This document shows, piece by piece, positions 53,122 through 64,000 of a stretch of DNA of 64,000 nt. This DNA comes from Hydrolagus affinis (lineage: Eukaryota). The stretch covers positions 62,001-126,000 of the forward strand of contig JAAILG010000098.1 in NCBI GenBank assembly GCA_012026655.1. The letters are read 5' to 3'. Position numbers and translations under genes: made by a program. Positions within the stretch are counted from its first letter, which is position 1. Each line of letters begins with the position of its first letter. The notes under the pieces are model-generated. The model was given only the letters and a program-made list of their open reading frames with translations, ran no database searches and was not told the origin of the DNA.

Positions 53122-53221
53122 TTGCGGTTGAAGATCAACATCCATCAACACTGTCACCCAAAAAAAAGCAGCGCAATGGAGGCATGCGAAATTCACCCAA
53201 CGGTTCACCCAAATTGATGAG
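53122..53221 (+). CDS. KCNMA1: KCNMA1 constitutive exon after site 2 (100 nt): (L)[32 protein letters not shown](R)
   Basis: Acceptor tatgtttgcag, donor gtaaga at 53222; phase 1 to 2; 6 nt longer at the 5' end than the form beginning LEDEQP. Confidence 0.95.
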
Positions 53222-55404
53222 GTAAGAAAAGACAGCTAAAGAACTCTCTGTCTGAAGAGAAAGGGAGCGAGCGAGAAAAATCCTTAAAGGCTGAAGTATT
53301 TATTCTGTCAGGCTGTCAGCGGTTAATGATAGAGCTGAAAAATTTCTGTCATGAAAGAGGGTAGGCAAAGCTGTTAGAGAGAATGCAGGCTTTAAACTCT
53401 CAGCTGTCACCTCAGTCTGTCCACATGTATTTCTTAAACAGCAATGGCACTAATGACAGCGGTAACCAATCAGAGAGACTCATACGGTTACCTTCCCTCA
53501 GGCTATTCCCTGTGTCTACGAGTCCCTTGGAGTACTGTTTTCTGTACTTGAGGCCATATGTGAGATGTATCGTAACAATGAAAAATGAACCCAAATTTTT
53601 ACATTCCTTTTATCTTGTCCATTTGCATTAAATTGTCGTTAATTGATTTTGACTCCGAGGAGAGAGAAAGGGCGCGGGAGTGGGAGGAAGCTAAATAATT
53701 GGCAGGTTCGGTAACGGGAAGTTTACGAGCTGGTGATGAGTGAGGGGAGCACTTGATTGCTGCCATGTCACGGGTTAACCTGCACTCGGTGTTTGACAAG
53801 TAAACAGCTTCATCCACTTAGCATATGAAACAATCATACAAGAAAATTGCTTGGGGTTTACAGAAGCTCCAAACCTTATTTTTTGCAGAACAGAAGGTCC
53901 CTGTTTACCATGTAAAATATGCACCAACCTCTTTTGATCTCTACACAGTAATAATTCCGAGGAGTGGGTTGAACTCTTATGGTGCGCTTCAAAGCTGTGC
54001 CGAACTTTTGCCGCTGTAGGGTAATCCTTTATATTAGTGGCCCTCGGGTGGCTGAATGACAGGTCTCCTGTGCTAGGTGGAGCTTTCTCAAGTTGTAGCC
54101 TTCAGCAAAATGTGGAATTACTGAACAGAGAATCACCCGGGCTTTCAGAAATCCGTTTCCCGCAGATATATCATACCTTAAATATTACATATTTTGGAAT
54201 TACAAGGTACATTTTATGGGCAATGTGAAGTGCTGGTTTAAAGCAGCCTAAGGGGTTCTTATTGCACAAGGTGAAAAAAAATGGTATATATTGTATCAAA
54301 TATGGTTTTTACAGGCAGATATGCCTCAAGGTCTTTGTAAATAAGTAATGATCAACAGTTTGGATGTGGGTTTTGAAAAGCATGCCTTTGTCAGTTTGCA
54401 TGATGGGAGCTCAACATTTCAAAGAGCAGCTTGCTTTCATTGCCTGGCGAAGTGGGACTGAGGGAGAATAGTCATCCCTGCTAGTGCTGTCTAGTCAGCA
54501 TCAAATTGGAATTGCTAAACGCAGCTTGAACACCAAGCGCAGAACTGTTTGAGCCTTCAATATAACAAGTTCTAACGAGTGCCAGCCCAACATTCTTTAC
54601 ATGAAATTAACACCCTTCTGATGGATTGCAGAAGGTCATCGGATACCCCGTTCTAATTGTAGTCTGCGAATGTTAGGTCTATTAATCATAACGCATTTGT
54701 TCAGATCCATCAGAACAGAGCATTACGGTGAAACAAATGTCGCAGTTATTCCCTGTGAGTAGCAGCGTTCAGCAGAGTTTGCCAGTGACAGGCGGTGATG
54801 AGTGACAGTTTGTGAAAGATAGCTATCTTGGTGGAGCTTTACAGCGCCAGTCAAGGCAGTCAGAAAAGATTGAAGTGACAGAGGTCCATTGAGTGAATGT
54901 TGAAACACACAGAGCATCATGAAATATTCAGCCGCGTTGTAAAATCACTAAATGCTTTCTCACTTATTAGCACCTGTACTGACTGCGTACATCGAGACGA
55001 CTGAGATGTTAATGGACAAATGTTTTGTCATGATGATTGCGAAGGGCTGAGCGAGTGTGGAATTTGAAGGGAAATGAACATGAGGTTTTAGAAGGAATAA
55101 TTTCCTTGGAAAATGGAAGGTTTGGGACAGTCAGATTGATGAATAAAACACCAATCCCCGGTTACATGGCCCGGTGGGCTTTGTGGTTTTGCTCCTGGCT
55201 GTCGCTTGTCAGGCAGCACGGGTTGCTGTACACTTGTAATGCATTAACCACAATTTTTGCCCTCGCTGCTGCTCGCAGATTTGATGATACTGGTTTGCAT
55301 TCTCCCCCTCGGCGATGTCATCCGCAGATGTGTGGTCAACTTCCATATGTAGATGGATGACACCCAGATCCGCTGATCTTCTGTCAACTTGTTTGACAGA
55401 CATT

Positions 55405-55815
55405 AAAAATAATAATAATCATTGCATTTGATAAAGCGCCTTATCACATTTTTGAGACATCTCAAAGTGCTTCACATTAAATGAGTGCTACTCACCCGCA
55501 CAAAACTCGGTACCCTGATCACACCAGTTCTTGCAAGGCCCCACTGGCTACCAATTACCTAACGGATTGATTTCAAGATCCTCTTACTGGTTTTCAAATC
55601 CCTTCTTAGCCTCACACCTCCCTACCTTTCTGACCTGGAATTCTCTCCCTCTGCTTTGCCCCCTCTCTCCCCACCTTCAAATTCTGCCTCAAGAAATCTT
55701 TCTTTTTTGATCGTGCTTTTGGTCACCTCTCCCATCCGTTTCCCTCTGGCTCATTGTCAGACTGTCAAGTGCTCCCGCTTGAAGGGTACTATATAAACGC
55801 AAGTTGATATTGTTT
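55405..55815. mobile_element. SINE tail (- strand, about 55405-55480) abutting an L2 3' fragment (+ strand, about 55490-55815)
   Basis: aataataataatcattgcatttgataaagcgcc, then cactggctaccaattacctaacggattgatttcaagatcctcttactggttttcaaatccctt (HWLPIT*RIDFKILLLVFKSL). Confidence 0.8.
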
Positions 55816-57243
55816 GCCACAATGGACATTTACAGACAAGCACAGAGTCTCGCAGAGTGATAGGAAGTGAATTTAGATTGTCGCAAAGTGGAATGTCACA
55901 GGGTTGAACTTTGGCTAGGATGAGTTACACCTTTGTCTCGTGCCAAAATATTTTTGAGTGGCTGCTCCGTATTTCTCCATGACATTTTTACGATTCCCAG
56001 CTAATCCTTTTCAAATATCTGCAGTGTCGACCTGTGTCAGTTGCGGAGAGACAGAGCATTGTGTAACAGAGAGGGGCTGTAAGAACCGAACGAGTCATTG
56101 CATGGCAACGATTTAGGTACCATGTAAGTCAATGCGAGGGGAATAACGAATCATAGTGCAAACCAACATGGGTGAAAGAGTTAAAAGAAAGCAAGTTTTG
56201 GACACTCCAATGCATCTTTTGACACTTTAATGAAGTGGACAGGTGGGTTGGGGAGGAGGAGATGTCTGTATAGACTGTCTTTTTGTACATTAGCACTTAT
56301 GGGGATTGAATTATGTCAGAAATATAATGTTTGGTCATAACGGCTCAAAGTACAGTCGATGACTTTCTGAAAAGTGTACCTCGTTTTATGAAGAGGCAGA
56401 TATTTTAGGTCGTTTTGAGTGAATAATCAGGGCTGTCATACCCCTTTTTTTCCCTGTCATTTCTTAAATATATCTTATGTAGGAACAGCTAAGTGTAAGG
56501 TATGTTGTCATTCTAATTTTGTTTTAAAAAAGGTCCTGGAATTTCAAATAATGGGAATGATGGTAGAGCTTCGGCTGAGTCTGGGGTGAAAAGGTTTCTA
56601 TTGAAAGCTCTATTGCTGAGTATTCAAGACAGAGACTCGGGATGACAGCTGCTGAAGAAATGATAGATGTGCCGAACGCAGTGAAATGTTAGAAGTGCTG
56701 TCACTGATGGCCAGGTGGCAGATGCTGATGACCACTTTTATACTCGATGTTCCTCAGAATAAAAATCATCTGTTCACGACGCAGATGTAAATTAATCAAT
56801 CTGCTCTTGGAACTGACACTTGCTGAAACTTTAATGGCTTCCAGTTTTCAAAAGCAAAATATGATGGGGCAAAATTGCTAAAATATTTCAAGTGCTCGCT
56901 CCCTGTTAAAGCTTTTATTGCACCGCGAAAGGCATCAAAAGTCGTATGCGGTAAAAGCATGTAATTGGCTTTTCATCTTCATGCCAGCGTGAAGCTCTGT
57001 TTCTATCTATTCCACCTCATTGCAGCAGCTAATGTGAGCCCTTTGATAATTTTTTCGGTGGTGGGGGTGAGAGTTGCGGTGCCTCGGAATAAGGACTGCC
57101 AGTAAAAGGATAGCTAGTAAATTAAACGAGCCGCATTCATTAAGCGCGCCTGCCTGGTAGTGACTTGTCATGTGGTCGAAGGTAGATTGAGAGCGATGTC
57201 AAGGCTGACTGACAGCTCCTCTCTTGCGCTTGTGTCTCTGCAG

Positions 57244-57367
57244 GCACGACCCCTTGTTAATTCCTGGAAATGACCAGATTGAAGAGATGGACGCTAATGT
57301 GAAGAAATACGATTCCACCGGGATGTTTCACTGGTGCCTGCCGAAGGACATCGAAAAGGTCATTCTG
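57244..57367 (+). CDS. KCNMA1: KCNMA1 constitutive exon (124 nt): [41 protein letters not shown]
   Basis: Acceptor gtctctgcag, donor gtgggt at 57368; phase 2 to 0. Confidence 0.96.
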
Positions 57368-59960
57368 GTGGGTATCATGAAGAGGCAGTGATCAGTGACA
57401 TTGGGTGGCACAGAGTGACACGACTCCCCAATTACTAGTAACGGACGTTTTACTTAGTGGGAGCTGACAACCACATACACTGAACTTCTCACCGTCTCGT
57501 AAGAACAAAACTGACGTGTTGTTTTACAAACTGCCACGAACAGCCCTGAACCTCGTTAGTGTTCACCGCCTTCTGACCTAACCCTTTGTTTACTGATTTA
57601 CAGTGACTCATGTCCTCCTTTGAAGGAACGGATTTAGTTTGACCAGGATCAGTTGTGTTCCTCACAAATGGTGCCCTCTGCGCACTGGGAAAGTGTGAGC
57701 GAGTTGTGTCGGCAGGGTTTCAGCCTGCTGAAAAGGTTGAAGCCATGCAAATACAATTAGAGCTGCAAATTTGTTAAATAATTGCTATCAAACCAGCAAT
57801 CCCAGGTCTTTTTCTGCGTTTCAGTGCGGTGTTTATCAGCGGCCGGCCCAGACAAACCACATTGCATTCATTGATTGCATAAATGCCACTTCTCATTTGT
57901 AAAATCACTGCACTGATTTGCAGCAAAGTGGCAGTCTTGGTTTGAAATCCATGCTAACCTGCACAATCTCTATTGGAGAGCTGCTTCCTTCAAAGAGACA
58001 TGGTTCAAAGCCTGTTTTGATGGGCAGTCCGAATATAAAGACAAATAACAACAGTCACAGGTTAATGGCATACGACACGCAAGATGTGCTCTGAAACCAC
58101 CTTGTGTTTCCCCCGATCGTGGGAACTAAACGCACGTGCATATGGACAAGTGGATTATGGTCAGCGTAACGAGATGACATCAGTTGCAATGTGCTGTATT
58201 ACAATGACCATCTGTCATATGTGATTCAGTGACATAAGGCTATTTTACAGTGGGCAAGGGCATGGAGGGTTAGAGTCAAGCTGTCAATGCGCCTGGTCCT
58301 CTCCTCACTGATGTTGAAGTGCACCCAGTTTCCAGAAGGTATCATTTTATTGTGATCAGGAGCTGGAACCCTGGCTGCTTTCATTTGCCCTTCCTTGCAT
58401 TGAGCCGCTTTTAGCTCCTTCACCCCAACCGAGATCAGGGAGTGGCTCATGAGAAGCATAAACATCATTACGGACGTGTTGGGCTGAACAGCCCATTTCG
58501 ATGTCTCATCACTCCTTAGCTCCAGGTGCACATTTTCTGCCTGGGTTCGGGTCATTGGATGGTGATGGCAGGAGCCTTGTGTTTTTCCCTCTCTCCATAA
58601 TCCAGAGAGATTGTGGCGAATTATAATGGCCTGCACTGCCTCCACATCTGAGATTAGCTCACTCAACACACGTAGTGGATTCAATTTGGAACCTTCTTGC
58701 TCTTTTTGATTTAATACCACATTTGCATTTACCCATTGAGAAGATTTGCTCGTCCTTTTTTTGAGTCAGCAGAATTGAAAGGGTTTAAAGAGGCACAAAG
58801 ACACACGCACAGTAAGCGCCTTTTGTAGATAATTCTCTGTATCTCTGTAGATAATTCTTCACCATTTATTTCCTCATTGTTTTGTGGCAGATGCAGCACA
58901 TTATTTTAGATCCTTTTATTTACGCCTCGCAATTAGCCTGTTGGCATTTACATAACAAGAAAGTTACGTGGGTTAAACCATGTTCCGGGTGACTGTTTGC
59001 TGATTTATGCAGAGATGATTTTTAATAATTTTGCATTTAGCTTTTGTGTTATTCTTTGTCATAAATTTTCCTTGCATTTTGTTTGGAAAGGTGCAGTTCC
59101 TGGGGTTTCTGACACACTGTCCCACCTATCTTGCTGTTGCATTTCATTTCAAGTTAAAATGATTTTGCTCTGTTAAGTAATTTGGTGGGGATGGTGGTGG
59201 TGGAGGGGGCAGTATCTCTGGAAATTGAGGATTGGACCCAGTGCCTGGAAAGCACGAAGGGTTGGATCCAATCATTTTACCTGACTTTTGAACTCTGCCC
59301 AGTGGACAAGGTGTCCACTTTGAAGTAGGTAGTCAACAAGAAGACAAATCAGGAAAGCAGCTTGATTCCTTATGAGGACAAAAGTTACCATTGTGGCCAG
59401 ATACAGGAAGTGCTGCGGAGCTTTGGGCAGAGTCTGACTCCAGTTTTGTACAACCACGGAACTCTTCTAGTGAAGTATACCATCAACCATCCAGTGATGG
59501 CACATTTACTGCAGGAACTGGGAGAACCGTGGATGGTTGTGTTTGCCAATCTAGTGTTATTGCACTGTGTGATAAATCTCCTGATCCCATTGGAAGTGTA
59601 GCTAACTCCTCCAATTTTATACACATGAAATCAAAAATACCAGGTACATTTATGATACCAGTCAGATTTCCATCAGTATGCTCATATAGCAATGATTGCC
59701 ATTGAAAAGTGATAGAAAAGCATTATCCCACATGCTATTCAGTATGATAGGACTATTAGAGGTGAAAGGGTACATCAAACAGTGGGTGTATGGATGCTTA
59801 CTGTTTCACTTCTTTCCTAACTTCCTGTGTAAAATCAAGTCTTCAAGCAGTATGTACAGGTAATTTTTCTACTGTGGCTTTGTGTATACTGGGCAAACTT
59901 ATGTGAATGAATGTGCATTTATATATTGGTTTTAATTCTGATCTTTTGTTTATGCTGTAG

Positions 59961-60185
59961 ACCCGAAGTGAAGCTGCCATGACGGTGTTAAGCGGACATG
60001 TGGTGGTGTGTATATTTGGGGACTCAAAGTCAGCTCTGGTGGGCTTACGGAATTTAGTAATGCCTTTAAGAGCCAGCAATTTTCATTATCATGAACTGAA
60101 ACACATTGTATTTGTGGGAGCACTGGAATACCTGAAGCGGGAATGGGAAACACTTCACAACTTCCCCAAGGTGACAATAGTAGCG
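59961..60185 (+). CDS. KCNMA1: KCNMA1 constitutive exon (225 nt), start of RCK2: [75 protein letters not shown]
   Basis: Acceptor tatgctgtag, donor gtaagt at 60186; phase 0 to 0. Confidence 0.97.
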
Positions 60186-60384
60186 GTAAGTCCTAGCAAA
60201 GTTTGAAATTACACAGGGGGCCAAAGGAAAACACTAAACAGTTTGAGCTAATGTAATACCTCTCCAGGCACAGAAGGTCAAAAGTAGAGAAAGAATGTTT
60301 TGCATATGAATGTTAATTAGACAAGCTCAGGCTCTTTAGTGTTTAGAGAAGTCGACTCATAGAGATGTATAACATTTTTAATGC

Positions 60385-60645
60385 CATTGAAAAAGTTAAG
60401 CCTGACTCTCCTAAGAAGCAGACGAGAGTTTGTTGGTTTACAGCTGTAAAGGGGATTTTCAGGACAGAGGTCAGGATTTTTTCTTTGCCCAGAGAGTAAA
60501 TAACACCTTGAGCATGTTGGCAGGAAATGTGGTTGAGACCGCGACACTGGACTCATTTAAAAAGTAGCGAGATGCTGGTTACGGATGATGGTAGAGTTGC
60601 GGATTCCGGGAGGATGAGATCAGATGAGCCAAAGGGCCTTCTTGA
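60385..60645 (+). mobile_element. Degenerate CR1-type LINE 3' end
   Basis: gatttttttctttgcccagagagtaaataacacc...ctcatttaaaaagtagcgagatgc...gatgagccaaagggccttctt. Confidence 0.5.
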
Positions 60646-61559
60646 TCCCAACTAATTTGGGGATTTTGTGCATACTGAATGGTATTTAGCTTCAGGCATC
60701 CTGCTTGTGTGTTGGATATCAACTTGGAACAGGCTCCCTGCAAAATCGGTGGGTTGGTAGATAGGGTTATGTGATGAGCAGGGACTGAGTGAAATGAATC
60801 TCTCCTGGACACATGATATTAAGGAGAGGTAGTGGAGAAAAGGCCAGAATATGGGACAAGAGCAGTGTACCAAAACAAAATTCCAGAGAACTGCACAAAG
60901 CAGAAATAGCAAATGAGAGCAAAACATAAAGATTCTTTGAAGTTTGCTACAAGCCAAGGGTTGCCTTCTAAATTTTTGTTTTAAGAGCTGCATGTGACCT
61001 GTCTGGTCTCAAAAGCATTCAGCGGTGTCTTAAGGAATTGGCATTTGCTGAATAGGAGGGCTCATATAAGCGCTACTTGGTCAAAAGAATGAGGAGTTAA
61101 GTTTTTAGGTATCGAGGAACAGTGACTCTGTGAATTCCAAAGCAGCACAAACTATTTGTCTTGTACACGGGCAAGGTTGTGCTTTGCATGTGTGTTAGCC
61201 TGATTCTTACAGACTTCAGGCTGCCGTGAGTGACCATTTGACATTTTGGAGTCAGGATGAGCTGACTGGCATTCACTTCACACGTTCCAAATGCCAGCGC
61301 TTGCCTGTTCGAAACGATTGCTCACAGTTATTCACTTGGCAACAGCGACTCAGATATAGAAAGCTGGCAACGATCCTGTCTCTTATTTGCTTTTAATGGC
61401 TTCACTGAGTATAAACAATGAACCAGAGAGTTGCCATCAGCACCAACTACCCTTTCAGATAAGTGCACATCTCCAATTCCCCAGCCCATAGTTACATCGG
61501 TTTAATGTCGGAGCATAAAAGACGACTTGTTAAGCATTGTCCCGTAGCTGCAGTCTTGA

Positions 61560-61865
<306 letters not shown>

Positions 61866-64000
61866 TAATTCAAACGGTCTCAGATTGCTTTAGTTGACAG
61901 TAAAGCCAAGTGACTGCTATGATGTTTTAAACAGGATGCCGATAAGCAGCAATAGAAAAGAATAGCTTGTAGCACGATAGGAATTCTGAAAAAGGAATTT
62001 TAATGATAAGCAGCGTGCAATTAAACTCAAGTGTATGTGTGGAAGTGGGGCCGGGAGGAAATGATACACCATTTCAAACCTGAAGAACAAATTTTTTTTT
62101 AACACATGTGTCAAATTTTGCCATAATGTTTTTATTCATGGCCGAGAAGATGGGAAAGGTTGCACAACCAGCAATTGTTTCTCTGCGCAAAGCTTGAAAG
62201 GCGTTCCCGAACCGTTTGCTGCTAGCTTAATGTTTTAACGTCCATTCCCGCGCTCCGGTTCCGTCAAGTTCCTCGGGTTGTTGCAAATCGCTTGCACTGG
62301 GATATCCGTCAACAGAACGAGACGGCAAACAATTTCACCTTGTAACATGTTTTGGTCAGAAAAGATGTAGTTTTGTGGCCAGATTCCACAGTTGTTTGTT
62401 TTTTGTGCACGAGATAGCATACTGCTTGTGGAAATATTTAAAGCAGCCAAAGGGCCTAGGAGCGAAAACATAATAAAAAAAAGTTGATACGGCTCTTATT
62501 CATACAGGACTGTAAGCCCCAAGTGAGAAATGATGGGGGATTGTTGTAAATGGCAAATATATGCTGTGCAGTCTCTGAAGCGAGGTATACTCGACCATTA
62601 TATACTGCTTCTCAGTCTACATTATAAATATTTTAATCTCTGTGTTTGCCTTCAGACATTGAATTGTGTTGTTAAGGGAAGTCCATCTCTGATTCTGTAC
62701 AACATGCTGTCGTACTGTTTGAATCTTAAAAAAAAGAATGATTTAATTAAAGCGTACCAGCGGATCAATGTTTGTTTCAACAAAATCTAATGATATATAC
62801 AGATGACTATGCATTACACCAGTTGCTTGGTAACAGGTAAAATATCAACCGCAGCTTAAGGCTGTTTATAAAATTACTGAAATCGATTTGCAACAATTGC
62901 TAAATAACACTCAGCAACTTCGAGAAGTGGTATTAGAAAGCTAACAGTGCAATAGATAATAATGCCGTTGAAATTATTGTGCTTCTGAAATATTTATGAA
63001 AGCACTTTATACCTCCTTTGAGAGTTTGAAAATATTCAGAGTCTTTAATATTAGGCTCGTTGTTACGTGCTGGCTCTTAATTTTTCTCAGAAAAGTAGTC
63101 ACGTTTGTCGACGTTTGACAGTATAGTACAGAAACGCACAGTAGATCTGCAAGTGTCTGGAATAGATTTAGAGCTCCATTGTTATTAGTGTAATTGTGTT
63201 TGGTACCTTATTAGAATGACTTTTGGCCCTTTTTGATGCTTTTTTAAGTGGCTCAGCAATCTTAATTAAATGAAGCCTATGATTGCTGTAAGGACCCCAT
63301 TTAAAAATATTACTTGCAAAATAACATTTAGATATTCTAATTTTAATATTTTACTCATTTTCAGCCAGGCGCAGCAAGCCACCCTGCTGGTATATATTTA
63401 CTAATTACAACCTCAGAGCACTCGCATGAAGCAAGTAAACCACATAACCCTTAAAATCCTAATGAGACTAGAAGGACTCCCTCGGATTATATTGTTTAAA
63501 TGGGTAATGGTTCCACTAATGTTGTAATTGCAGGTTGAAATACATTAGCCTGGTGTCTACATATAAGAAGTTTGCTACAGCAAGCCCTTTAGGGAATAGT
63601 TTGAGAAAGGCTTTACCTCCACATTTCTATAGTTTATGATGCTTTATTGCTTACTGCCTTGAACCGGATGGGCGGCGATATACTTTTGTTCATTGGTATG
63701 AATTTCAGAAAAAGAAATGTGGCAGAGTACGCAGAGGGCAAATGAAAAAATAACACAATTGCAGCCACAGCAGATACTTTGGCTAGATCCCGAGAGTGTG
63801 TCATTTCTGTATGAAAACTTGCCCAGTCGAGCTATGTGAACAACAACAACAAAATCACATTTGTATAGCGTCTTTCATGTCAGGAGGACTTCCCAAGGCC
63901 TTCGGAAGTTGCCATCGACAGCCAAGAGAATAGGAGACTTTTTAACAGATTGGCCTTTTTCCTCTCGATGCGTGAGGAATGTGTACTGTTTCATCACAGC

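Noticed and set aside
58226-58720. 164-aa antisense ORF, the longest in the track
   Set aside because: No recognisable domain or splice and promoter context; its length is compatible with chance in 64 kb.
59272-59705. Cluster of overlapping short ORFs on both strands
   Set aside because: No recognisable product and no clean splice sites in the phase-0 context of this intron; chance or an old repeat relic.

Overview
This is AT-rich vertebrate genomic DNA, mostly intron, from the middle of a KCNMA1 (Slo1/BK channel alpha subunit) gene on the + strand. I find 8 constitutive coding exons with canonical AG/GT boundaries and consistent phases, running from the C-terminal half of RCK1 through the RCK1-RCK2 linker into RCK2. 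Both gene ends lie outside the window. The repeat content (tRNA-headed/Deu-domain SINEs, L2 and CR1 fragments) suggests a cartilaginous fish, probably a holocephalan; that assignment is inferred. The main point of interest is a richly elaborated alternative-splicing region. Site 1 has a 12-nt TRKR microexon plus a candidate 20-nt poison microexon. Site 2 has four in-frame phase-1 cassettes: the 9-nt IYF microexon, the 174-nt STREX exon, a 33-nt exon and a 288-nt (96-codon) exon rich in phosphorylation motifs; the last two are outside the classical mammalian set. STREX here has an extra cysteine and CAC in place of the CSC hypoxia motif. A small TTAGGG-containing DNA element with a 9-bp TSD and a TA-flanked MITE are also present. 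Nearly all ORF-track entries are spurious. No prokaryotic-type system was seen.
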